From the NCBI GenBank assembly GCA_028023455.1, contig JAQFVV010000006.1, positions 6,014,001-6,078,000 of the forward strand: a DNA stretch of 64,000 bases, given 5' to 3'. This document shows positions 12,053 to 24,332 of the stretch, piece after piece (position 1 is the stretch's first letter; every line of letters starts with the position of its first letter). The notes under the pieces are model-generated. The model saw nothing but the letters and a program-made list of their open reading frames with translations. It had not been told where the DNA came from and did no database searches. Made by a program: the position numbers and the translations under genes. This DNA comes from Epiperipatus broadwayi (taxonomy: Eukaryota; Animalia; Onychophora).

Positions 12053-13719
12053 TTTTGTTTTTTTGTTTTTTTTTTTTTTTGGTTAATCCTTAGATGAAAG
12101 AGGGACGACTTTATTTAATCAGTTGATCTTGAAAACACTAATGACCTAAATATTTAGAATCGGTAACTTTAAAAATTTAAAACAGCCTTTCCAATAGTCA
12201 GCTGCTAGGTTAAAGGTCTTCCCAATTGCCCCTCATGGAGGAACTGTGAAGAATGAAGTATTACTTATTATAACTGCCATACAACAGGTAATGATGGTTT
12301 AAACATATATCTACCATTGGTTTACTCTTTATCTAGGAATAGCTGATACCCAATTACTTAATGATTATTGAATAATTAGCTGAATTGGGTATGGACCGAT
12401 TGTACGGGGGGGGGGGAGCGGATCATGAATCTGATTAGATGTTCAAATTACTAGCTTGGATTTGAGCCATGGTTTTTGGGCAAGGCAAGTGAATAATCTA
12501 CTATTGCATCATGAGAACATTGAGTATACCTACAAATGCATAACCCCTATGTTAGTGTGCATGTTTATATACTACTTACAAGTCAAAAACAAGCCAAATT
12601 GAAGTAATATGTAAGATTTAGACTGATCACACACATATATAAATAGAGTTCTCAACTTTAAAACATAAGCAAGTCAATAGAGTGCTATAGTAAAATATTA
12701 TCCCTGGATCTTGGTTATTACCCTTGATGCTTTGCATACTGTACAGCAGAGTTAGAGATGGACTTCAGAGCTCTAGGTAGATACATCACATTTTGATTCT
12801 GTTACTTCCAGAAATAAAACCATTTGATTATTTTATGCTCCATGGTTCATGGCACTGCTGGAGTATTATATTTTAGAACCCGGTGTCTATGTATAGCAGC
12901 TCAATTTTATCACTTCTGGTGCTTGAATGTCATGTGATAAACCAATCAATTATTTGTTATGCGTAATTTCAAGCAGTGGGAGAATGGTGAATTTTAGGGT
13001 TCAAAATCCATGGATCACATCCCTGTACTCAAACTTCATTAATTCTTTATATGAATTTCTGTCAACAAAGCATTCAAGTATTTTATTTGTATTGTCAATG
13101 ATAGATAACACAACATTATTTGGAAAACATTTAACACAATTTATTCAATCAATTCAATTTTAGAGTTATAAGGGAATGTCTTAGTTGCTCAAGAGGTCAA
13201 ATGATATTTGAACAACGAAAGTTGCAGCGAGTCTTGATGGATTTTTTTTACATTATGAAAATCACACAGAATAGGGTTACATATGTGCATTATATAGAGA
13301 TACCCATATAACTATAACAATTTATAATTTGCATTTTAATCAATCTTACAAAGTGAATGACATAACTATGAATTAAAAATTTATAATTAAATCAATAGTC
13401 ATTGAATGAGCTTTTCTTTTAATCCAATTTTTTAATACTAAGCAAAATAATATTCACTATTTATTACTTAAGATAATATAAGATTACCACTTTTTATTAA
13501 CATTTTAAATCTTTTTTAACTTTATAACTTTCTTATGTTCTCATCAAAAAAATGTGATGGTTTTGATGTTTTAAACTGCTGTTTTAATACGGTCCTAAGT
13601 GATATTAACATTGGGAGGGAGGGCTAACTGTAGATTTTCTCATAATGCTTTTATTGATTTTTTAACTGAAAAAATCTGAAGAGGTCAGCACCTTGCAAAT
13701 AATGGCTAAAACAATGTAA

Positions 13720-14457
13720 TATACACATAAATGGAAAAAAATGTAGGTGACTTATTCTACAAGTTGTGTGGGAAGGCATAGAAAAAGATTAGGCATCTGC
13801 TAATTGAATGTAAGTGTCTGCAAGCAGAAAGGATACAAATAATGTGGTTGTAGAAGAATAAATATAAACAAAGTGATTATACAGAAAGTAGGTTCTTGGT
13901 TTTTATGTTGGGTTTGGGAAAAGATAAGGGGGATTGAGATATAAAGGCCATGGAACTGGCAAAGATTAAGTTGTGGAAATAGGATGGAGGAGGATAGAGA
14001 AGAGTATGGGGAAACTTGGGGCAGGTAAAGAAAAGAGAAGGTAAAGTGGCTAACAGATTTCTCTGGGCATAGTGGCTGAGAGATTCCTGACTTCATATAA
14101 GGAGGTCACAGTGCATCACATCTGTTAATTGAATGTAAATGCATGAAAGCAGAAAGGGTAAAATAATGAAGTTGTGGAAGAATAAATATAAACAAAGTGA
14201 TTATATGGAAAGTAGGTTCTTGGTTTTTATGCGGGGTTTGGGAAAAGGTAAGGGGGATTTAGATATAAAAGTCACGGAGTTGACAAAGATTATGTTGTGG
14301 AAATGGGGTGGAGCAGGATAAAAAAATATGGGAAAAACTTAGGGTGGGGAATGGGAAGGGAAAGTGGCTAACAGGTTTTTCTGGGAATAGTGGTTGAAAG
14401 ATTCCTGACTCCAAATAAAAAGAAAGTCACAGTGCATCATGTTGCATCACATCATCT
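13720..14457 (+). mobile_element. Two tandem 3' fragments of the APE-RT-CCHC non-LTR family
   Basis: Both match 27160-27570 and end in CACAGTGCATCA(CATC)n. Junction at about 14122. Confidence 0.85.
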
Positions 14458-15810
14458 AAGGCTTTAATATTTTGTTTTATAACAGAAAAAATACTCAATC
14501 ATTCATTTCCCTTTTGGTCTACTTTTCAGTTTTTAAAATAAAAAAATGGCTTCTTGCTTGTTTGTAAAAATATTTTTAATTATTTTTACACACTAATTGA
14601 TTGATTATTATTTAAAACAAAAAATACACATGTAGACTTATAATTTATTCATTTATCTTTTATTTTTAGAACTAGAAGTTAAAAAAATTGATTGGAAAGT
14701 TAAAAAAGCACTTCATGTATGAAAATGTTTTCATTCACAATTGTAATAATTATAAATCAAATATAATATTTTAAAGCACAATTTGATAGTTTTATAATAA
14801 ATCCACAATTATTCTTTCACATTAAAAAAAATTGTCCATTTTCAAAAAGAGTGTTCACATAAACATTGGTAATGATATTAATGGTACCTTGTTTATATTT
14901 ACAGGTCAGTGCTTAAGTATTTAAAAAGGTCAAATGTAATTTTTTTTACAATATTATTGATAGCAAGCTGTATTTATTGACTTTTAATACAAAATAATTT
15001 TTTTTATTTAAAATGGAAAGGTTGAACATTTTCAAAAACTCTCACCAGATGGAGCAATAAAAACTGTCAGAATTTGAAGCAGTTAAATCTTTATAGAATT
15101 GATTGTTTCAGGCTTATTTAATGAAATATAAAATACATACTTACTTTAATGGGACTCATATTAAATGTCTAGTTTTAATTAAATTTGATTTATTCAATTA
15201 CATTTTGAAATCTAGAAATCTGATCATAAGTAACTATTTAATAAAAAATTGGAGCCATATTAAGTTCTATGATTACATAGTAAACAAATAAAAATTTTCA
15301 TTATGTTTTAATATAATTATAAAATGAATTTAATAAAGATGAGTAGAAATTTTAAAAAAAAACCCATTGTTGTCAATATTAAAAACTCAAACAATTTTCT
15401 TTTATTACTTCTATTCCATTTAGACTGGATAATTCAATTTTCTACCTAATTGAGTGTTAAATTTTCAAATAATTTTATCTTAATGGAAATCATCATTCTC
15501 AGTCATTCACGATCCACTTTATAATAAAAGTATCACCAACTTAATCCAGCAATCTTGCTTGTCTTATATCCATGACTCATATTATATTTTTCTAGGTTTA
15601 TTACTATCTCTTCAGATCCAGTTTATAACTTCAGTTATTCATGTATTCTAAGAGCGTGTTCTGAATTTCATTTAAGCCTCCAAATTTTTGTATGATATTA
15701 GTCATGCATGCATGTATTCTGATATATTTGTATTTCACATTTGATTTGAATATATATATATATACTTTGCTATGAGGTCTGATGTCTCTGATTTTTTCTT
15801 CTATTAACTT

Positions 15811-16562
15811 TTTAATAGTTTAAAATCCCTATTGGCAGATTTAATTAAAATTCCAAACTTTTGATTGGTCAATTACAGAATCAGCAGTAAAAATATATTT
15901 AACTTTTAAAACTATATTTGTTTTAGTTTAGTTTCTAAAATGCAAATTAATAATTCATTAGTTTATTAAAGTGAATGAAAAATTTTTAAAAATAAATTTC
16001 TATCTATAATTGATAAAAATAATATATAGTGGTAAACATAAAATGTATGTTTGTTATTCCAATTATAAATTGAAGCTGTACATTGTGGATCTTTCTGTGT
16101 CAATTTGCCTTCATGTAAAAGTACAAATTTTCTACTAATATTCTTTTTTAAAAATAATTTATATTTCACACACATTTTTGTGAAAAAAATTATTAGTGTG
16201 TCAAAAAATGTTTTTAAAATATATGCTATTATTTGAAAAATCAAAACGAAAAATTGAACAGTCAAAATTTATTGACAGGTGAAATTTGGTTGAGATCAAA
16301 AGAAACAAGCAATAAGCACCTTAAAAGGCAGTGCTTACATCATTGTTTTACCATTAAATTTAAATATTATTGATTTATTAGTTGTTTTACCATTAAATTT
16401 AAATATTATTGATTTATTAGTTGTAAATAAATTCTGAAGGTGGTAGCATCATTCAGTATGATTTTCTAAATAAAATCACCATAAAACCAGTAAAATAACA
16501 TTAAAAATAATGGTTTGAGACTGAGGTGAAACTGCATATGGAAATGACCTTTCATTGCAGTT
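15811..16562. repeat. Unclassified interspersed repeat, copy 2, with an internal duplication of about 40 bp
   Basis: Colinear with 7180-7880. TTGTTTTACCATTAAATTTAAATATTATTGATTTATTAG occurs twice at about 16343-16420. Confidence 0.8.
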
Positions 16563-16964
16563 TACTGGTTAAGTATCAAAGTCTCATATTCAGAATAACT
16601 GTTAAAACACATTTATTAAAAACCTTTCTCTCAAGCGTATATCTATACTTTTTTTTAACATCAAGTTATTTCTACCAAAAATGCTTCATCTAAGTTAATC
16701 TTCTATGACTAATTTTATCTACTTTATCTACTTTAATAACATATATCAAAGATATTTAAATGTAAATTCTTTGATAATTATCAGTTACTAACAGTATTAT
16801 TACACACTCATGAATATTTATATACAAGCTTATTTTTTCAGCTAAGATGATACCATACTATGAGATCCAAAAGTGTAACAACTTATCATCTTTAATGTAG
16901 TATAGTACCATTAGATTTTTTCTATGCTCATTGATAGCTTAAATCTGCTGAGTCAGATATAAAA

Positions 16965-17285
16965 CCATTAAAGTCTCACATGACAACCTTTTGCTATGCT
17001 TATATGAGCTGTTAAAACAATAGTAAATTTTATCCAAAGTGGTACCTAGTATAAGTTATAATAACAAATAAATGCTAGAAAGTCATGCATTTTAATCCCC
17101 ATTCAGCACTTTCTCATCCAATATTTCCAAACTAATTTCTAGCTTATGCTTTTATCACTCAGGAATCTTTGATGAAGGAGCAGTGCATTTGGTTTTTTGG
17201 ATCTAATGCACTTCTCCAACACTCATCTTTTACTCTTTGGTTAACTATAAAGCTATAAGCTCAAATTAAAATACCATTTTTTAAT
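16965..17285 (-). mobile_element. Strongly decayed HHR family A copy
   Basis: CTCACATGAC tail remnant at about 16976 and CTCATCCAATATTTCCAAACTAATTTCTAGCTTATG match the reverse complement of family A; ribozyme core destroyed. Confidence 0.6.
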
Positions 17286-18000
17286 ACAAGCTAATTTGCT
17301 TGCACAGTCATACAGATCTGAATCCATTTCAGTATTTGTTTAGATATCTTTGGTTTTTTAATAAGTATGGTCATCTCAGTTTGGGGCTAAGATTGATATT
17401 AAACTATTAAAACATCACATGACCATCATTTCTTATGCGTATACAAGCTTTTAAAGGATAGCACTTTTTTCTATACAATAATGCTACATAGTCCAAACTA
17501 TAGTGATCCATAAAACAGTAGCAAATTTCTCTGTACAATAGTGTCAACTAGTGCAGGTTATAGTAATCAATAGATGCTAACATTTATTGATTACTATATT
17601 TTACACTAGAAGGCATTATTGTATGAAGACATTTGCTATTGTTTCTTTTAAAGCAAATATTATTGATGCTATAGTTGTACAATATCTCTTACTTTCATCA
17701 ATTTCTTTTTAACTATTCTTTCATTTGGCAAAATAATCCAGTGCATATACTTATTAAATATTAAATGAGTATTTATTATGACATTAAACAGTTGGTGTTC
17801 AGAATAATGGTCTCTTTGGAAAAGTGAGGGTTATTATGAATTTTTAAACTAGAAAATGTTATTTTTAATTTATTAAATGCAAACATAATGAGGCCAAATA
17901 TATATAAATCCACCCAAATAAACAAGCAAAGATGATACATATACAAAACAATACTTTTTTATAATTCATGTAATATATATCACATCTCATCCTGATTACA

Positions 18001-18285
18001 AGGCAAAACTCTCCACCATACAGAGTGCTGTAAGAGTAATCATGGATGCGAGGTTGTGATAAAACCTATCTAGTGCTACCCATCCAGACTAGTTCTGGCT
18101 TGTGGCATCATCAGTGAGGAGCCGTGGATCTGAGAGCACGCCCTCACTGATGATGGCCACAAGCCAGAAACTAGTCTGGGATATTGGATGAGTAGGCACT
18201 AGATAGGGATTTTATGCACAAGCTTCTGGCATCCATTGATTATCTTGTTAGAAAGGTGGACTACTGTATGGTGGAGAGTTTTGTT
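18001..18285. mobile_element. HHR family A inverted pair (HHRs 18082-18120 minus, 18143-18180 plus)
   Basis: Plus: CTCA-CTGATGA-TGGC-CACAA-GCCA-GAAA-CTA-GTC-TGGG with a 4-bp stem II. The minus arm has many 1-nt deletions, including GAA for GAAA. Confidence 0.85.
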
Positions 18286-18959
18286 GTTTATTCTGTAATA
18301 ATTAAGCATTTTAGATAGTATAGTTTTTTTGTTGGATAAGGTAATACTTTCACATTTATCAAATACTGTCATTTATTAATTTTTTCAAATAAATCATATA
18401 GTTTTGTGTTTTAATAAACAACTTTTCTATTAAATATTGGCAAATATTAAAAAAGTATAAATCACCTGATTACTGGATTTATCCATTTTTCCAAGACAAA
18501 TGTCATTCATTTTTATCCTTTCTAGAAACTCTTTTGAATTCTGACAGTTTCTATTGTTACACCTGGTGGAAGTTTTTAAAAATGCTCAACTTTTCCCTTC
18601 TGTATAAAATCTTTATTTTATACTAAAACTCAATGAATTGGACTTGATTTCTTTTCAATTTACTTTTATAAATGAATAATACTCTAAAAAAAATCATATT
18701 TGAGCTTTATTAATATTTAAAAACTCAATTATAAATAAGAATGATGAATGTAAACATCATCAACAATGTCAGTGTGAACACATTCAAAAAATGAAAGAAT
18801 TCTTTTTTATTTAATTTTTTTTAAAAATGCAAGATTATGCTCAAACATCTTATATTTGCTTTATAATAATTAAATTATTTGAAAAAATTCTAACACCATG
18901 TAAATTTTGACAGATAATTATGTTATGTAATAGAATTTCCTAAAGCAGGACCAAACCTA

Positions 18960-20265
18960 AGCTGGGATTTCCATTACAGTCAAATTTATTAACTTCTATT
19001 TTGGCAACTAGACAATTAAGTCTTCCTTTGAGTTCATTAAAAAAATTAAGAACACATTAGTAGATCAAGATTTTCAAATTGCAGGCATGATGTGACAGAA
19101 TTATATGGATCGATTAACAGAAAGTGGTCGATCAACATCGTTCACAAAGAATTAACAAGTAATCATTGTCCAGCTGAATGCATGAACTTTATTCTAGTCT
19201 TCCTTAATTGGTTAGACAATCACATTTTTACAACTTTTGAGGTAAATGGTATGATATGAAAGATGGTTGGCTGATGGACCTTCCCTTAAGTGAAATAATT
19301 TCTAGCATATTCTCTAAATACCAAGCTAACACTCCTGGATTAATATACTCACATTATGTTGATGATGTGTTCATTGCAGCTCCAAGAGATATAATCACAA
19401 ACATTCAAAATGAATTACAGCTGCAAACTAAATTAATCATGAATGCCATCTGGGAGAACAAATGGCAGAAACTAAAATATTTAGATTTGGTAGTTCATAA
19501 AGAAGGTAGAGCTCTGCATTATCACATAATTATCAAACCTCTTGAAGTCAAAGGATTCTCCCACCTGAACTCCAATTCACCTACATTGCATAAATTCATA
19601 GTTCTAAATGCATTTTTATTTAGGAATCAGAATTTATGTAAATTCAAGGCTGATAGGAAGACTAATATTGCATGCTACATAGGGATTTATTAAGCATCAG
19701 CTTCAGCTACAGATTAATTACTAAAAAACTACAAAAATTGACCAATTATATAAAAAATCAATAGCTAACAACACTATTAAAGATAAACCTCAAATTACCC
19801 TCCCTTACATCCCCAAAGTATCTAAACAGCTTATAAAAACTTTAGCTAATGAATTTAAAGTTGGCTTCCACATCCCTCCCCCAATACTAACAGACTCATT
19901 AACAATGCAAAAGACAGAATTGATCCATTTCAAACCCCCCAAGTTGTATATAGCATATCATGCCATAAGGCTAGATGCAGTGCCACATACTATGGGGAGA
20001 TCAAAGCCATGGTCTATAATAAAGCTACTCAGCACATGTATACATACAGAAGAGCAAAAAAGAACAATGATAACATCTCAATATTTTTTGAATATGAGAA
20101 GCAGGCCGGTCATATGCTTGAACCCTCTAACCCCAAAATAGTGTGCACTGAGGCTAACGATTGCAAGAGAAAGATAAAAGAAACGTATTTTATCATCAAC
20201 AATAACAATGCGATCAATAGATGTGTCACATGTTTTGCCATCTCCAGAAAAGAAACATGTTAATT
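18960..20265 (+). mobile_element. Penelope-like element: decayed RT plus GIY-YIG endonuclease
   Basis: DVTELYGSI at about 19088; GWLMDLPLS (MGSPLS-like), YVDD and YLD in ORF 19256..19693; TLPYIPKVS linker; VVYSISC...C...YYGE at about 19940 running into ORF 20009..20263 (KRKIKETYFI...N..IN). Frameshifts and stops present. Confidence 0.88.
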
Positions 20266-21419
20266 TACATTTGCATTTACATACATTACCATTTACCAAT
20301 AACACAACAATGATTTAAAATCTGTTTCGGCGCTAGGCCTACATTAATTTATTTTGATTGTTTTCTTACCATTAACTTAACAGTTTCTTCACGCAGCATG
20401 TTAAAGTGCTTGTATGTATTAAGTACTAACTTCCATTTAAAAAAATAATTACAAATAAATTAAATTAAATTGAATATGTGTATTGTTTTTGTTTGGTATG
20501 CAAAAATAATCAGAAATATTTAATAAATAAGCAAAAAATCATTTTTTGTTCTAAACTTTGAGTGAAAATGAGACACAAAAAATACTCTTAAGAGAAACCT
20601 TTTCTCTGAGAACAATAAAGTAATGATTATTAATATTTACCAACATCTGTAAGATACTGACCTCTTCAGATTTTATTTCAATTAAAAAATTAATAAAAAC
20701 AATTACAGCAGAATCTACATTATAAAAAGTCTTATATTAATATTATCTAAAGTAGTGAAATGAGGGGAACACCCATTGACTTTCAATGAAGATGAGAACC
20801 ATTTCATTAACACAAATAAAACTTCAGACTTCTCAGTAAATTTACTTTTTATATTTCTGCACATTTGTCTAATACCCACTTCATAATCTTTACATTATTT
20901 GCAAAGTATAAATATTCTACCCTTAACCTGAAAACCTGAGTTCAAGCCCACTTTAGATTTAGCAAATTTTCAAAAATACAGTCATTCAAATACAAATCTG
21001 TAATTATATCAGTAAAATGGAAAATATTTAAAAATTAAACTAATATGTTTATGGAACTTAAAGATAACTTATTAGCAAATATTACTTAAAAAATTAATTT
21101 AATAAAAAATAAAAATTCATTTAAATTAATTAGTAATATTTGTGTGATTATAAAAAAGCTTTGAATTAAAAAATGAGACATTTGAATACAATATTGTGCT
21201 ATGAAAAAAGTTGTGAATTTTTTTTACAACATAAAAGTGATAATAAAAAGGGAAATGTTTAAAAACTTGTTTAATTTATTAGTAAATACATGTACTGCTT
21301 AAAAAATTAAATTACTAAAAAACACATCTCAATTTATTAGTTACTTATATTTACTTGAAATTTTGCATTTTATTCAATTTTACAGATTATATATTTTAAT
21401 TTTTATTTTTGTCCATAGA

Positions 21420-22330
21420 TGGAAGGAGTAGTTTAAAAAAGAATTTATAAAGAGAAGTCAGGTTTAAAATTGCAGTATTGTCAAAAAAAAATGGATGGGA
21501 TGTAAGAAATAAATAAAGGGTAACTGGTTTGGATATAGGTATGGATGTAGAGAGGGAATGAATCTGTAAAATTAATGGTAAGCAAGTTACTTGCAAATGT
21601 AATGGAGAAAAAAGAGTCAAAAGAATTTATAAAAGGGTAGTTAGAAAAGAAGAAATTGTTAAAAATGGATATTTGAATATGCAAGGTGGGAGGAGATAAG
21701 AGAGGTGGCTAGAATTAAACAAAGCAGTTAAAAATTAAGAGCTTGAGGTATAGCTGTAGTAGAAATACATCTAAGAGAAGAAGAAGAACCTATACTGGAA
21801 TACTTCATATGGCAAATTATAAATAGAAAAGAAAAAGAAAAAAGATGTTGTGGTACAGGAGTTATGTCAAAAAAAATTTAAGTACTGTTGTGTCAAGAAG
21901 TTTTGTGGTTTGAGATATGGGTAGGAAGATAAGAATGGAAGGTGGATATAGTGTATATAGCCACTGAAGATAGTCAAACTATAATGGAGTGGAACAATAG
22001 CATATATGAATGCCTAGTTAAGGATATACAGAGTTTCAAAAAAAGGGGAAGAAAATAATGATTATAGGGGATATGAATGGACATATTGAAGAAATTGATG
22101 ACACAGGTAACAAGAATGGATAGCTTTTGAAGAATTTTGGTCAGAGAGTGAATTTGAGCATTGGAAATTTGTCAAATATTTATGAGAGATAATACACATG
22201 GTCTAGAAATAATATATTGCACACAATGGACTACATATTTGTACAGAAAGAGGGAATGAATAAAGTATGGAAAATTAAAGTATTTGATAATGAAGAGAGA
22301 ATATGTAATAGAGATTATGATTTTCTTATA
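21420..22330 (+). mobile_element. 5' part (APE endonuclease) of the APE-RT-CCHC non-LTR element, interrupted at 22330
   Basis: Broken-frame motifs GYLNMQG, VEIHL (ETH-like), IIGDMNGH, MDYIFV, and an RDYDFLI (SDH-like) motif at the break. Confidence 0.75.
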
Positions 22331-24332
22331 ACTTACATGTAATGCATTATTTATTGTGTATATTTCTTTTAGGATTTCTTTTTTTGCTCTATTATTAGAA
22401 TCGTCATTCCATTGTAAAATCTACGAATTATTAACGTTAATGGTATGAAACTCAATTACAAATAGTCTATGAAATGACCAAAGACTAAAACTATTTACCG
22501 CATAAAACAAAAAAGAAAGCTGTTGAATATATATGTATAATCTAAGAGAAATCGTTTTAAAGAAATTTGAACCACTGTCTATTTTTAATTAAAACTATTA
22601 GTTGATATAATATCTTGACGTACAAATAAAAATTTTTTTCTGTCAAAGCAAACATATATATTTTTTAATTATACTTAATTATTAATAATATATTAAAAAA
22701 TTATAAAAGTAATGCTTTATTTAAGACTATAAAAATATAGAATAAATAAAATTGTAATTGTTTTATTAAATATTAAAGAGATATATATTATGACGTCATA
22801 GCTATTTTCTTAGCTCAACAGAAAGCTGTCATTTTAGTGAGCTCTCTTAAAGCTTAGTAGACATGTGTATTTTCTGTTGTTTGTTCTGTGTGCGGGTTTT
22901 GTGGCGCTTGTTTTGCTTGTCGATTGGCTTTTTCACCGTAGATGCCGCCGTTGATTGAGGACAATATCATTTGCGAAAGATAGATATCTTTCCTGAAGAT
23001 TATTCTGTTTTTATTTGTGTCTCTGATCCGGAGTTTGTGTTCGATATCGTGGACCCTCCGCTTGAGAGCATTTTACTCCTTAAGTAAACAGCAAAGTTAT
23101 GAAGACTATAATACTATTCATTATGATAGTTAATGCCAATTAAGTCAGCTGTATTTATATCAATACGGCGACTAAAGGAATTTGGTTTTATCACAAAGAG
23201 AGATTTTTTATATCCTAAAAGAGAGACTTTTATTTCCCAAAAGAGAGACTTTTATTATTACTTATCCTAAACTGAGTCATTATTACCGATCTTGACAAAG
23301 GATTTAATTAATCCTATACCTAATTTGTCGTCTTAAATATCAGAATTTGGACACTTTTACAGACTTAAGAAATTTTCACGATGAATTTGAACGGTAGACA
23401 GAATGTGTACCATCATCACATAACCAAGCACGAGATGGTTTTAGACGCACTATTATTCATCTCTTTTATATGACTAATGAAGCAAATCACTATTGAGAAA
23501 TTTCCTTTACATCATTAGTAGAACTTCACTTCTAAAGCAAATATTTAAACTTAGTTGTTTTAAGTTTTGAAATCTATTCTTGTTTTATTTATTAAAAAAT
23601 GTGTTTATAGTCAAGCGTTGTTAGCCGAGAGATCAGCGCAGTCGCCTTGCTTAAGTTTCGCCTCCTGGCCGATGCTGTGATATAAGGGGGGGAGGATGTG
23701 TTTATACTTACTTGTACTATTATTGTTTTTTATTTAATAAAAAAATTTAATTTTAATTCATGTATTGTGTGTATTTACAATTTATAACTGATTTTACACT
23801 CTTTTAAACCTATTTATAAACTTAACAACATATCTCTCACACACAAGCTACCACGCACCCATACAAAGAATGTGCTATTTTAATTAACAAACTAATATGT
23901 CTCATACTTGAAAGTAAATGTTTACTTTGTTGCGTTGCAATCATAAAACTTTTTTCAGTAGTCCACAAATCTATCCAACCACTTATTATTAGTAAATGTA
24001 TGTAATTAATTATTGCTTTTTTGCAGAAAAATGAAGAAAATCAAACTTTAAACTCTTACCTACTGACAGTCGATTAGTTTAGGTGATTATTGTTTTTGTT
24101 TAACATTTCGTCCTAGATAAATCTTTGTCAAGGTGAATCTCACGGAGATTAATTATTTAAATCGTTATATTTACTTCAAACACAACCATATACACGATTT
24201 CGGCAGGAATTAATTATTTTTGCATATTTTTGTATAGATCAGTACTTTTCAAACTTTTTAATATGAGGGCCCCCTGAAAAACAATATATTTTCATTCCCA
24301 ATGGACTAACAATGTATTTAAAACTTTATATC
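22331..24332. mobile_element. Unclassified 2.0-kb insertion inside the non-LTR element
   Basis: Flanked by ATGATTTTCTTATA (22317-22330) and ATGATTTTTTTATA (24333-24346), 13/14 identical. The LINE coding sequence resumes after it. Confidence 0.6.
23610..23695 (+). mobile_element. tRNA-Gly-derived SINE, internally deleted
   Basis: GTCAA-GCGTTGTTAGCCGAGAG...CCTGGCCGATGC-TGTGATATAA; 11-bp TSD ATGTGTTTATA at 23599-23609 and 23696-23706. Confidence 0.75.

Noticed and set aside
11755-12080. Poly-C/G/T tract as a G-quadruplex or regulatory element (also 54480-54700)
   Set aside because: Irregular homopolymers look like low-quality consensus; cannot be interpreted without reads.
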